Shown here piece after piece: positions 1 to 14,920 of a stretch of DNA of 64,000 bases; positions within the stretch are counted from its first letter, which is position 1, and each line of letters begins with the position of its first letter. The notes beneath the pieces were generated by a model. It was not told the origin of the DNA. It ran no database searches and was given only the letters and a program-made list of their open reading frames with translations. Source of the stretch: the human T2T-CHM13v2.0 reference genome, Homo sapiens; the NCBI RefSeq assembly GCF_009914755.1, contig NC_060930.1. One strand, given 5' to 3'. The position numbers and the translations under genes are program-made.

Positions 1-13
1 ACCCCTCTATGTG

Positions 14-76
14 TCTTCCTTTCTTCCCTCCTTTTTTTCTTCTTTCTTTCTCTCTTTCTTTCTCTCTTTTTCTTTT

Positions 77-125
<49 letters not shown>

Positions 126-300
126 TTTCTTCCTTTCTTTCTTTTTTACTTTCTTTCCTTCTTTTTAATTCTTTTCTTCTTTGTTTTCTTGCTTTCGTTT
201 TCTTCTTTCTGATTAATTCGTTCATTCATTCTTTCTTTCTTTTTCTTGTTTTCTTTCTTGCTTGCTTTCTTTTTCTTTCTCTCTTTCTGTCTGTCTCTCT
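14..300. repeat. (TTTC)n/CT-rich low-complexity tract, probably the expanded tail of the adjacent antisense Alu
   Basis: Runs of TTTC/TTCT directly abut the Alu 3' end (GTCTCACTATGTCACC at 301). Confidence 0.9.
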
Positions 301-442
301 GTCTCACTATGTCACCAACGCTGGAGAGCAGGGTTGCAATCACAGTTTCTTGCAGCCCCAAACTCCTTGGCTCAAGCAATTCTTCCACCTCAAATTCCCG
401 AGTAGCTGAGACTGCAAGTGCCAACCACCACACCCAGCTAAC

Positions 443-486
<44 letters not shown>

Positions 487-520
487 ACTGGACAGGAGTC
501 TCACTCAGTTGCCTAGGCTG
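301..520 (-). mobile_element. Old AluJ-like fragment with a (TCTA)n microsatellite in its middle linker
   Basis: Antisense right arm (GGCTCAAGCAATTCTTCCACCTC, GAGTAGCTGAGACTGCA), (TCTA)n at ~443-486, then the start of the left arm (GAGTCTCACTCAGTTGCCTAGGCTG). Confidence 0.8.
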
Positions 521-529
521 CAATTTTCT

Positions 530-3500
530 TTTATAAGTGAAGGAGAGATAAAATCTTTCACAGACAAACACAAACCCATGGATATTTGTCACCACTAGAC
601 TTTCCTTATGGGCTAAAGCTTAAAGAAGTTTTTAAAACTAAAATAAAAACATGTTATGCAGCAACATGAAAGCATAAATCCCACTGGTAAAGGTAAATGT
701 ATAGAAAAATACACATTGATGTTAAAATTCTAATGGTGGAGCATAAATTATTTTAAATCTATTATGAAAGTTAAAAAGTAATAATTTGTTAATGAATACA
801 CAATATAATAAGGAAGAAATTCTGACTGTAAGAACACATTGGGTGTGAAGGGGAGTAAAACTATAGAGTTTCTATAAGAGATTAAAGTTAAATTGTTTTA
901 AAATTAAAATAGAAGGCTATAGCTACAAGATGCTTTCACAGGCATAAAGCTCACCAGAAAGAAAAAGCATTAATATACAAACAACAGATAAATAGAAATG
1001 AATCAAAGCAAAATAATTACAAAATTATCAAATACAAAAACAGAGAGGAAGAAACAAATGACTGCACAACAGACAAAAATTCCCAAAATGGTAATAGTAA
1101 CCCCTCACTTACCAATAATTACTTTACATATAGATAGAAAAAATTACCAATAAAAAGATACAGAGTGCATAAAACAATAATATCCAACTATGGTTATATA
1201 CACGAGACTTGCTTTATATTTAAAGAAATGTATAAGCTAAAAGCAAAAGGATGGAAAATTTTATTTCGTGCAAATTGTAAGCACAAGAAAGTAGGAGTGA
1301 CTGTATTTGTAGAAACCTAAAATCTAAAAATATCTTTAGAGGATAAGAAGCTTATTATATAATGATTAAGGTGTCAATTCAACCCTGGAGATTATAAAAT
1401 TATGAATATATGGGTACCAAACATCACAGTACCTACATATATAAAGCAAATATTGACAGATATAAAGGGAGAAATTGACAGGATTAGGGTAGTAAGAGTG
1501 GATTTCAATACCACATTTTCAATAATACATAGAACATCTAGAAAGAAAGTCACTAAAACAATAATTGACTTGAATAACACTATAGGCCTAAAGGATCTAA
1601 AAGACACATTTCCATTCAACAGCAGAATATACATTCTTCTTAAGCACATATGGAACATTTTCCAGGAGAGATAACATGTTAGGTCAAAAAACAAGACTGC
1701 AAATTTAAAAAGATTAAAATCATTGCAAATATTTTTACTGACCACAGTGGAATAGAAGAACTTAATAACAGCAAAAAAAGAGAGAAAGAGAAAATTACAA
1801 ATACATGAAAACTAAACACACTCTTGAACAATGTGTCAAACAGAAAATCATAACAGGATTTTAAAAAGTTTCTCAAGACAAATGAAAAACAAAACACAAC
1901 AGACCAAAATCTGTGGGATGCAGCAAAAGCAGTTCTAAGGGAGAGGTTTATAGCAACAAATGTCCATATCAAAAATATATATATATTTCAAATAAGCTAC
2001 CTACAATTACACCTCAAATTATTAGCAAAAGGAGAACAGAATAAGCACAAAATTAATAGCAGAAAGAAAATAACAAGGATCAGTGAAGAAATAAATAAAA
2101 GACTAAAAAGGTGAAAAATTAACAAAACATAGAGTTGCTTATTTGAAAAGATAGACAAAATCAATAATCTTTTAGGTAAACTAAAAAAAAAAAGAGAAGG
2201 CTTAAATAAATAAAATCCAAAATAAAAACGGAGACATTACAGCTGACACGACCAAAATACAAAGGATCATAAGAAAATGTTATGAACAATTATATGCCAA
2301 CAAATTGGATAACCTAGAATAAATGGATAAATTTCTTAACATACAACCTATCAAGACTGAATCATGAAAAAATAGAAAATCTGAATAGACCAATAAAAAT
2401 AAAGAAGATTAAATCAGTAATCCAAAATTTCTCAACAGTGAGTAGCCCAGGGTCAGATGCTTTTATGGGTGAATTCTACTAAGCATTCAAAGAAGCAATA
2501 TTAATACCTCTTAAACGCTTTCAAAAAATAGAAGAGGAAACACATTTGTTCAGAAAACACCCTACTGGAACCAAGCCTCACTCTCCATAAGAAGAAGACA
2601 AGTTCAGACCAAATAAAGAGGCAGAACTTTCCAGGTTGTTAGGTAGTCAAAACCTTATTCAAGAAGAATTTATATACAAGGTAGCCTTGGGCAACAGGAA
2701 AATGAGGAAGATCTCTACAATGTGATTTATGTAAACTTTATACCATGAAAAAAAAAAAAGGAAAGTAGGAAAAAAAGAAGAAAAATGTCACTGATGGTCT
2801 GTTAAAGCATCTGATTACTTTCTTAATTTATTTACTCTCTACCTAAAGGGATTCTTTGGGTTCTTTACAATCTGGTCAACATTTCTAAAGGTCAGGAAAG
2901 AAGTACTTTGGGTTGCAGTGGTTATCCTGATACTGGCATGTTTCTACTGATTACTGCATTTTACAACACATTTTCCAATCACTTACCTAGAATATATTCA
3001 CAACAACTTCCAAACACATTTTGTGAGGCCAACATCACCCTGATACCAAAACTAAAGACACTACAAAAAACTACAGGGAAATAATTTTGATGGACAAAAT
3101 GTAAGAATCTTCAATAAAATGCCAGCAAAGCACATTAAAAGGATTATTCACCATGATCAAATGATGTGTACCACTAGAGTGCAAGGGTGGTTCAATGTAC
3201 AAAACTCAGTTAATGTCATGTAAGACATTAACACAATGAAAACAAATGATCATGTAAATTGGCACAGAAAAAAACATTCATTCATGATTAAAACTCTCAG
3301 ATAGATACAGAAGGAACTTACCTTAACATTCAAAAACATATATGTAAAAATACCACAGCAAACATCATAATAAATGAGGGAAAAACTGAACACTTTCCCT
3401 CTAAAATATGATATAAGGCACAGCTGCTCACTCTAACCACTTCTTTTCAACATAGTACTGAGAGTTGAAGCTAGAGAAATCACACTAGAAAAAGAAATAT

Positions 3501-3611
3501 TAGGCATCCAAGTTTATAGAGAAGAAGTAATATTATTTGTTCGCAGATGATATGCTCATATATATAGAAAACTCTAAAGATTCAACAACAAAACAACAAC
3601 CTGTTAGAAAT
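530..3611 (+). mobile_element. Old L1M (L1MA/MB-age) fragment: end of ORF1 through ORF2 endonuclease and RT, degenerate
   Basis: ORF 1402-1674 is L1 endonuclease-like (NIWVPN...YIKQILTDIKGEID...DFNT); FADD motif at ~3540; QNLWDAAKAV-like DNA at ~1905; interrupted by non-L1 DNA at ~2545-3004. Confidence 0.9.
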
Positions 3612-5800
<2,189 letters not shown>

Positions 5801-5804
5801 TAAC

Positions 5805-5884
5805 AGGTTGCAGTGAGCCAAGATCATGCCACCGCACTCCAGCCTGGGCGACAGAGCAAGAGTCCATCTCAAAAAAAAAAAAAA
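5805..5884 (+). mobile_element. 5'-truncated Alu (3' end of right arm plus poly(A))
   Basis: GGTTGCAGTGAGCCAAGATC...CCAGCCTGGGCGACAGAGCAAG followed by an A tail; possible TSD AAA(T)TTATTAA. Confidence 0.85.
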
Positions 5885-5889
5885 TTATT

Positions 5890-8800
5890 AATAGAGAGAG
5901 AATGGAGCAAAATGATGAAATAAAAGCCTATACCATCAGTCCCCTCTCCTGGGACACCCAAACTATAACAACTATCTCTATATACAAAAGCAACGTAAGA
6001 ATAAAAAAATCAGGTGACCAATTATAATACCTGATTTTAACTTCATGTCACTGAAAGAGGCATTGAAGAAGGCAGGAGAAACAGCCTTGAATCACTGACA
6101 CCACTCCTCTCCTATCCCCTGAAAGAAGCTGTGTGGCACAGAGAGTCTATGTAGTTGGAGGAGGGAGAGCGCAGTGACTGGGGAACTTTACATTGAATAT
6201 CAGAGAGCAAGGCTGCGCTGGGTTCACCTAGCATCCACACATGGAGAGAGCATTTGGACAAGATCTGTCCAGAGGGGAATCTCCCATCCCAGGGGTCAGA
6301 ACTTGAGTTTCCTGGAAAGCCTTGCCACCACAGGCCAACGTGCTCTGGAGTTCTAGATAAACTCAAAAGGCACTCTAGGACACAAAAACTGCAATTCCTA
6401 GACAATTCTTAGTACTGAGCTAGGCTCAGAGCCAGTGGACCAGGGTGGCGTGTAACCTAGGGAGACAACAGCTAGGGTGGCTAAGTCAGTGCTTGTGCCA
6501 CTCCTCCCCCAACTCTAGGCAGTACATCTCACAACAACGAAAATGACTCCTTTCTTCTGCTTAAGGAGAGGAGAGGAGAGGAGAACAGACAGTAAAGAGG
6601 ACTTTGTCTTGCATTGTGGATACAAGCTCAGCCACAGTAGGATACGGCACCGGACAGAGTTTTGAGTCCCCCATTCCAGGCAATAGCTCAAAGGTGACAT
6701 TTCCAAATAGACCCTGAGCTAAAAGGGAAACTGCTTCCTTGAAGGGACGGACCAAGTCCTGGCAGTATTCATCACCTGCTGACTAAAGAACCAATAGGCC
6801 TTAAATAACCAGGAGCAATATCTAGGTAGTATGCTGTGGACCTTGGGTCAAGAATGAAAAAAAATACCCTAAAAGCAGCAAGAGAAAAGACACAAACAAC
6901 ATACAATGGAGCTCCAATACATCTGTCTCCAGACTGTTCAGTGAAAATTAAAGGCCAGGAGAGAGTGGTTTAACATATTTAAATTGCTGAAGGAAAAACT
7001 ATTATCCTAGAATAGTATATTCAGCAGAAATATCACCCAAATATGAAGGAGAAATAAAGACCTTTCCAAACAAACTAAAGTTAAGGAATTTTATTAACAC
7101 CAGAACTATCCTAAAAGAAATGCTAAAGGGAATTCTTCATTTTGAAAGAAAAGGATGTTACTGAGCAAGAAGAAATCACCTGAAGGCACAAAACTCACTG
7201 GTAATCATAAACCTACAGAAAAACACATAATATTATACCATAGATATTGTGGTGTGCACACTATTCTTATCTTAATTAGAAAAATTAAATATTTAAATAT
7301 TTAACTAATTAAAATTAATACCTATGGCAACTTTCAAGACATATTATGAGACATAAAGAGAAAAAACAAAAAGGTAAAAAGTGGGAGAACAAATTTAAAG
7401 TATAGGGTACTATAGTTGTTTTCTGTTGCATGTTTGTTTATGCAACTAGTGTAAAGTTGTTAGTTTAAAATAGTAGGTTATAAGATATAATTTACAAGCC
7501 TCATGGTAACGTCAAATCAAAAAACATACAACAATACATAAAAATAAAGAGCAAAAAATGTAATAATACCTTGAGAGAAAATTACCAGAAAACAAATAAA
7601 ATAATGGCAGTAGTAAGTTCCTACTTACCAATAATAACATTGAATGAAAATGCACTAAACTCTTCAATAAAAGGATATAGAGTAGCTTAATGGATGAGAA
7701 AACAAGACCCAATGATCTATTGCCTGCAAGAAACACATTTCACCTATAAAGATACACATAGACTGAAGATAAATGGTTAGCAAATGATGTTCCATACCAA
7801 TGAAAACCAAAAAAGAGCAGAAGTAACTACACTTACATCAGACAAAATAGATTTTAAGACAAAAACTATTAGAAGAGACAAACATAGTCATTATATAATG
7901 ATAAAAAGTCAGTTAAAAAAGATGATATAATGATTGTAAGTAAATACGCTCCCAACACTAGAGCACCCAGATGTATAAAGCAACTATTATTAAAGATATA
8001 TAGAAAAATAGGCCTCAATATAATAATAGTCACAGAATTCAACACCCTCTTTCAGCATTGGACTGATCTCCCAGACAGAAAATCAACAAAGAAACATTGA
8101 ATTTAATCTGCACTATGGACCTAATGGACCTGATAGATATTTACAGAAAATTTCATCTAAGAGCTGCAGAAAACACATTCTTTTCCTCAGCACATGAATT
8201 ATTCTCAATGTTTGACCCTATGTTAGTTCACAAATCAAGTCTTAAAACATTCCAAAAAATTGGAAAGAGTATCAAGCATCTTATCTGATCACAATGGAAT
8301 AAAATTAGGAATCCATAACAAGAGAATTTCATAAACCATACAAATACAAAAAATTAAACAATATGTACCTGAATATCTACTGGGTTAATGAAGAAATTAA
8401 GAAGATAATAGAAAAATTTCTTGAAACCAAAGATAATGGAAACATAACATATCAAAACCTATGGGATACAGCAAAAGCAGTACTAAGAGGGATGTTTACA
8501 GCTGGAAGTGCCTACATCAAAAAAGATGAAAATTTTCAAGTAAGCAGTCTAACACATCTTAAAGAACTGGAAAATCAACAGCAAAACAAACTTTAATTTA
8601 GTAGAAAAAATAAAAAAGATCAGAGCAGAAATAAATTTCATTTTCAATAAAATGCAAATGAACAAAACAATAAAAAAGATCAATGAAACAGAAAGTAGGT
8701 TATTTGAAAAGTTAAACAAAATTGACAAACCTTTAACTGGACTAACAAAAAGACAGAGAAAATCCAAATAAATAACATTCGAGATGAAAATGGAGATATT

Positions 8801-11090
8801 ACAACAGCCACTGCAAAAATTCAAAAGATTATTATTGGCTCCTATGAGCAACTATTTGCCAATAAATTGGAAAATCTAGAAGAAATAGATGAACTCTGAG
8901 ACACAAACATCTTACCCAGATTGAGCTAGGAAGAAATCCAAAAGTTAAACAGATTAATAATAAATAATAAGATTAAAGACATAATAAAATTTTCTCTTTA
9001 AAAAAAAAGCCTGGGACACAATGACAAACTACACTGCTGAATTCTATTGAACATTTAGAGAAATAATATCAATCCCACTCAAACTGCTTGGAAAAATAGA
9101 GAAGAAGCGAATACATTCAGACTTATTCTACTAGGCCAGTATTACCCTGATTTAAAATAACAACAAACAACAACAACAACAAAAAACACAGACAAAAACG
9201 TATCAAAGAAAGAAAATTACTGGCCAATATATCTGATGAATATTAATGCAAATATCTTCAACAAAATACTAGAAAACTAATTAAACATTTCGACAATACA
9301 TTAAAAAGATTATTCATTGTGACAACATGGGATTTAATACAGCGAGAAGGATTGTTCAATATATGCAAGTCAACTGACGTGACACATCATATCAAGAGAA
9401 TGAAGAACAAAAACTATACAATCATTTCAACTGATGCTGGAAAAGCATTTGATAAAATTCAACATCTGTTCATAATACAAGCACAAAAAACTGGATATAG
9501 AAGGAACACACCTCAACATAATAAAAGCCATATATGACAGACCCTCAGTTAGTATTATACTGAATGAGGAAAAACTAAGTCTTTCCTCTAAGATCTGGAA
9601 GATGACAAGTGTGTCCACTTTGACCATCATTATTCAACACAGTACTGGAAGTCCTACCCAGAGCAATCAGACAAAAGAAAGAAATAAAAGGCATCAAAAT
9701 AGGAAAGAAAGAAGTAAAATTACCCTTGTTTGCAGATGATATGATAAACCTAAACACTCCACACAAAAAAATTATTGGAACTCATAAACAAATTCAGTGA
9801 AATTGCAGAACACAAAATCAACATGCAAAAACCAGTAGCATTTCTATGTGTCACAGTGAGCAATGTGAAGAAGAAATTTTAAAAGTTATCCCATTTATCC
9901 TCGGGGCAGCAGCTTATGCCTGTAATCCCAGAATTTTGGGAGGCCAAGATGGGCCGATCACCTTAGGTCAGGAGTTCAAGACCAGTCTGACAAACATGAT
10001 GAAACCCTGTCCCTACTAAAAATACAAAATTAACCAGGCGTGCTGGCACAGGCCTCTAATCTCAGCTACTCTGGAGGCTGAGGCAGGAGAATCGCTCAAT
10101 CACAGGAGGCAGAGGTAGCAGTGAGCCAAGATCATGCCATGGCACTCCAACCTGGGAAACAAGAGTGAAACTCTGTCTCAAATAAATAAATGAAGTTATC
10201 CCATTTATAATTGCCACACATAAAATTAAATACCTAGGAATTCACTTAAAACCAAAGAAGTGAAAGATCTTTTTTATTGGAAACTATAAAGCAATGATGA
10301 AAGAAATTTAACAGAACATCAAAAATGGAAAGAAATTGTATATTTATGCATTGGAAGAATCAATATTGTTAAAATTTCCATACAATCCAAAGCAATCTAC
10401 AGATTCAATGAAATATTCATCAAAATACCAATGACATTCTTTAGAGAAATATAAAAAAAAATTATATGGAACCTCAAAAGTTCCAGAACAGACAAAGCTA
10501 TCCTAAGAAAAAAGAACAAAACTGGAAGAATCACATTATCTGACTTCAAATTATACTACAGAGTGATAGTCACCAAAAGAGCATGATACTTGAATAAACA
10601 CAGACATAGCTAAGATTTGAAAGCAACTTAAGTGTTCATCAACAGATGAATGGATGAAGAAAATGCAATTCATATACATGATGGAGTACTCTTCAGCCAT
10701 AAAAATAATTTGATTCTGTCATTTGCAACACCATGAACAGAAATGGAGATCATTATGTGTAGTGAATGAAGCTAGGCACAGAAAGACAAACATGGCATGC
10801 TCTCACTTATTTGTGGGATCTAAAAATCAAATCAATTGAACTCATAGACATAGAGAGTAAAAGTATGGTTACCAGAAGCTAGGAAGTGTAGTGGGGGGTG
10901 GGGTGAGGGGGAGGTCAAGATGGTTAATATGCAAAACAATAAAATAGTTCAAAAGAATGAAGAAGACCTAATATGTGGTAATACAACAGGGTGACTATAG
11001 TCAATAACTTACTTTTACATTTTTAAAAAACTAAAAGAAAGTAATTGGAATATTTGTTACACAAAGGATAAATACTTGAGGGGATGGGTA
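5890..11090 (+). mobile_element. L1MA1-3-like element with 5' UTR and internal deletions (in ORF1 at ~6850 and ORF2 at ~10605)
   Basis: L1M1-type 5' UTR, ORF2 fragments 8097-8288, 8363-8596 (YQNLWDTAKAVLRG) and 9319-9537, FADD at ~9730, and an L1MA-type 3' UTR at 10800-11090. Confidence 0.85.
9900..10190 (+). mobile_element. AluS-like, inserted in L1MA
   Basis: Dimeric Alu with (AAAT)n tail; TSD AAGTTATCCCATTTAT. Confidence 0.92.
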
Positions 11091-11300
11091 AAAAGTGTAT
11101 TGTTTACTTCAAAATAGCTAGAAGAGAGAATTTCTGAATTCCACTACAAAAAATGTCAAATGTTTGAGGTGATGAATATGCAAATCCCCTGATTTTATCA
11201 TTACACAATATATATGTATAAGAACATCACCTTGTACCCCACAAATATGTATAATTATTATGTCAAGTAAAAACAAAAATAAAACATTAAAAAAGACTAA
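11091..11300 (+). mobile_element. 3' end of a second, older L1MA
   Basis: GCTAGAAGAGAGAATTT...GAGGTGATGAATATGC...TTGTACCCCACAAATATGTATAATTATTATGTCAA followed by an A-rich tail. Confidence 0.7.
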
Positions 11301-11349
11301 AAGTATGAAATTCATAATTATATTTATATAGCCATTATAAATTAGGGCT

Positions 11350-12110
11350 CCTATATTTATGTAGGTAGAAGGAAACATGGACACAATGAGGAGGGGGATG
11401 GAAAATATAAAATAAATTCAGGTAGAATCTCTGAAAATAAAAAATTGTGTATAGTCAATGAAAAATGCCCTGGATAGAATTCAGTATAATTAGCACAGAA
11501 AAAGATCAGTGTACTTACAAAATTGCAATAGATTAAAAAAAAATGAATACAACAATGGTAAATTTTAGAAAAATTTTAAAGTTTCTTGAAGATATAAGAT
11601 ATCAATCCCAGTAAGGGAAATAGATAGACAAAATACTTAGACAAATATTTGCTAAAAAATATTCTATTTTGAATACATAAATATAGATATATAAAGATCC
11701 AAGAAGTATAATAACCCTATGCTGAACAATAATAATAATGATAATAAGAAGAGCATACAATAATCAATCTTCTGAAAACTATTAATAAACATATCAATCT
11801 TAGAAGATCTAGAAAAAAAGACACATCACAGAGGAACAAAGATAAAACTTACAATAGACTACTCACCAGAACTATATCAACTAGAACATTTTTAAACTAT
11901 TAATTTTTTAATGTCAATCTAGAATTATATAGCCAATTAAAATTTATTTCAAAAACTAAGGTATAAAATGACTTCTGAAAAAAACAGAAGCAGAGAAAAT
12001 TAATCACCAACAAATCTGCGCTATAAGACGTTCCAAACAACATTTTTCAGCTAAAAGAAAAATGATACCTGAAAGAAAGGTTGATCTATCAAAGCAACAA
12101 AGGATGATAG
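11350..12110 (+). mobile_element. Highly diverged L1M ORF1-region fragment
   Basis: A-rich DNA with ORF1-like motifs (CAATCTAGAATTATATAGCCA, GAGGAACAAAGATAA). Confidence 0.5.
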
Positions 12111-12254
12111 GAATGCAAATTCATTCACAAACATAGAATCCATGAATAATGAAGATAGACTATTCTTTAAACCTGGCTTTCTCAGTCCTTTGTAGATTAT
12201 GTGTGCTAACTAATGTGCATTAATTATTTTTCTCTTTCAATACTAAAGTTGTGT

Positions 12255-12880
12255 TTTTAGTGGAAGGTGTTCCAATCCAGACCCCAAGAGAGGGTTCCTG
12301 GACCCCTCGCAAGAAAAAATTCAGGGTGAGTCCATAGAATAAATTGAAAACAAGTTTATTAAGAAAGTAAAAGAATAAATAATGGCTACTCTATAGGCAG
12401 AGCAGTGGCATGGGCTGCTCAACTGAGTATACTTATAGTTATTTGTTGATTTTATGCTAAACGAGGGATGGATTATACATGAGTTTTCCAGAAAAGGGGT
12501 GAGCAATTCCTGAAACAGTGTTCCTCCCCCATTTAGACCATATAGGGTAGCTTCCAGACATTGCCATGGCATTTGCTAACTGTCATGGTGCTGACAAGAG
12601 TGTGTTTTAGCATGCTAATGCATTATAAATAGCATATAATGAGTAGTGAGGACAACCAGAGGTCACTTCAGTTGCCATCTTGGTTTGGGTGGTTTAGGCC
12701 AGCTTCTTTATTGCATCCCATTTTATCAGCAAGATCTTAGTGACCTGTATCCTGTTCTGTCTATATTATCCTGTGACTAAGAATGCCTAATCTCCTGAGA
12801 ATGCAGCCCAGTAAGTCTCAGCCTTATTTTACACAGCCCTTATTCAAGATGGAGCCACTCTAGTTTAAATGCCTGTGACA
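12255..12880 (-). mobile_element. MER41B/C-like solo LTR (ERV1)
   Basis: CCAGACCCCAAGAGAGGGTTC at the left end and TTCAAGATGGAG...GCCTGTGACA at the right end; approximate TSD GTGT/GTGC. Confidence 0.85.
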
Positions 12881-13081
12881 GTGCTGGCCCAGTGCTGTTC
12901 TATAGCTGCTCTTCAATGGCAAAAGAATAGATTGACAATGTCAGGGAAAGGTGGAAAAGAGAAATGGGAATAAACAGAAAATTCTCTCTTGGCTTGAGCC
13001 CCTTTGTGGCACACAAAATTATCCTGACTGAGGTTTGGTTTTCTTCTCATTTTGGGATCCAATTACTATGCCTTTTATGGG

Positions 13082-13206
13082 TGTGACGGTGAATATTAGG
13101 TGTCAACTTGATTGGAGTGACGGATGTCTAGATAGCAGGTAAAGTATTGTTTCTGAGTGTGTCTGTGAGGGTGTTGCTGGAGGAGTAGAGAACCCTGACT
13201 AATACA
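13082..13206 (+). mobile_element. Internally deleted MLT2B-like (ERVL) solo LTR
   Basis: Starts TGTGACGGTGAATATTAGGTGTCAACTTG and ends GAGAACCCTGACTAATACA; TSD ATGGG. Confidence 0.85.
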
Positions 13207-13609
13207 ATGGGTTATATTTTACTTTCAAATTTTATTCTATTTTGGAATGCATCAGATTCAAAATCTTTTGAAATTCAGTCTTCTTTCAGCTTCTGTGGGT
13301 TTTTCATACAGCTAATAAACGGTAAAGCTGAAATTTAAACCCTAAGAGTCAGAGATAATTCAAGGCTTTGGAAAGGTATTGGAGGAAGTATTTTACCAAT
13401 AATAAACAAACAAATATGTGGAGGATGATACAATAGGTAAAGAAATGTAAGAATGCTCAAGTAGGTGGCATTTTTCTTTCCTTACAAAAACATTAAACCT
13501 TTCAAAAAAATTGGAAATAAAAAGAAAAGGAAATAAATAGAGTAAGGGAGGGAGGCAGAAAGGAAGAAAGGAAGGGTATTTTTTTATAGCTAATAAATAA
13601 AAAATTTTG

Positions 13610-13780
13610 TTTCATAGTTCTGAAACACTGCTGCATATCATTATTACCTGAGGATCTTTGAAGAATCCTAATGCTAAGTACAGACCACATGTTAATTAAA
13701 TTAGAATCCCTGTGGGTAGAAACCAGGCATCAATATTTAAAACAAATGGGTGATTTCCATGTGTACTCAGTTTTAGATAT
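13610..13780. mobile_element. MER5-like hAT fragment
   Basis: AATTAAATTAGAATCCCTGTGGGTAGAAACCAGGCATC...GGTGATTTCCATGTG resembles MER5A/B. Confidence 0.55.
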
Positions 13781-13828
13781 GCTCCTCTATACACTTGGTA
13801 CACAAAAGATGATCAAGAGACCATTATA

Positions 13829-14066
13829 TTAAAGAAAAATAAAATATATTTATCAAAATATTTTGACACATTTTGAAATGGCTGCCAATTGGCCATTTTG
13901 ACAGAAGTGGCCTTGCAAAGCTGTCTTAAGTGGAAAAATATTGTATCTGTAGAGAATCTCCATTAATGCAGAAATGCCCTCTTCCCCTTTCTATGCCTTT
14001 CCCCAGATCTAGGGGAGATTGAAAGTCTGACACCTTTTAAAGTCTGAAAAAGAAAAATTTATCATC
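13829..14066 (+). mobile_element. Truncated 5' LTR of an ERV1 (MER65/MER34-like; same family as 22906-23459)
   Basis: Direct repeat of 22906-23146 (GAAATGGCTG...GTGGCCTTGCAAA...GTAGAGAATCTCCATTAATG). Confidence 0.8.
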
Positions 14067-14336
14067 ATGTTACCCTCATACTGTTCTTATGATAGTGAGT
14101 GAGTTCTCATGAGATTTAATCGTTTTATAAGGGGCTTTTCCCCATTCTGCTCAGCACTTCTCCTTGCTGCCACCATGTGAAGAAGGAAATGTTTCTTCTG
14201 CTTCTGCTATGATTGTAAATAAGTTTCCTGAGGCCTCCCCAGCCATGCTGAACTGTGAGTAAATTAAACTTTTTCCTTTATCAATTATCCAGTCTTTGGT
14301 ATGTCTTTACTAGCAGTGTGAGAATGGACTAACACA
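14067..14336 (+). mobile_element. THE1C/D-like MaLR LTR, 3' part
   Basis: GTTTCCTGAGGCCTCCCCAGCCATG...GAGAATGGACTAACACA. Confidence 0.8.
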
Positions 14337-14377
14337 TTATCCAAAGGAATCTACACATGCAACGAATCCCTATTTAA

Positions 14378-14661
14378 AAAAATGAATAAGATCTACTATT
14401 TGAAAGCAAAATAAAATGACTATAGTCAATAATAATTTAATTGTACATTGTAAAATAACTTAAAGAATGTAATTGGATTATTTTTAACTCAAAAAATAAA
14501 TGTTCAAGGTGATGGATAGTTCATTCTCCATGATGTGCTTATTTTACATTGTATGTCTCTATCAAAATGTCTCATGTAGCACATAAATATATATACCTAC
14601 TATGCACCCATAAAATTAAAAAAATTAAATAAATAAAATTAAAATGTAAAAATAAAATAAA
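14378..14661 (+). mobile_element. L1MA2/3-like 3' end with A-rich tail
   Basis: GACTATAGTCAATAATAATTTAATTGTACA...CCTACTATGCACCCATAAAATTAAAA. Confidence 0.8.
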
Positions 14662-14920
14662 AGATGGTGTATAGTCAGCTGTATGACTTGAACAGGTGAC
14701 GTTAAATGAAGGTTTCTGATAACACTAAAGATTATGTCTTTAAAATCGAGATAAAAACATCCAGGACTGTCATAGACAGCTGATGTGTTCATGAGGATTG
14801 TGGACTAATGAAAGATTTGAAGCAAAACAGGAGTTAATTACATGGACTAAACTAACAGAACACTATGTAAGCCAAAAGTATCTGAGACAGGTCTCAATCA
14901 GTTTAGAAGTTAATTTTGCC

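Noticed and set aside
7-536. Overlapping F/L/S-rich and K/E/R-rich ORFs
   Set aside because: These are translations of the (TTTC)n tract and Alu, not genes.
7285-7304. Perfect 20-bp palindrome TTAAATATTTAAATATTTAA
   Set aside because: AT-only tandem slippage in the L1 inter-ORF region; expected by chance.
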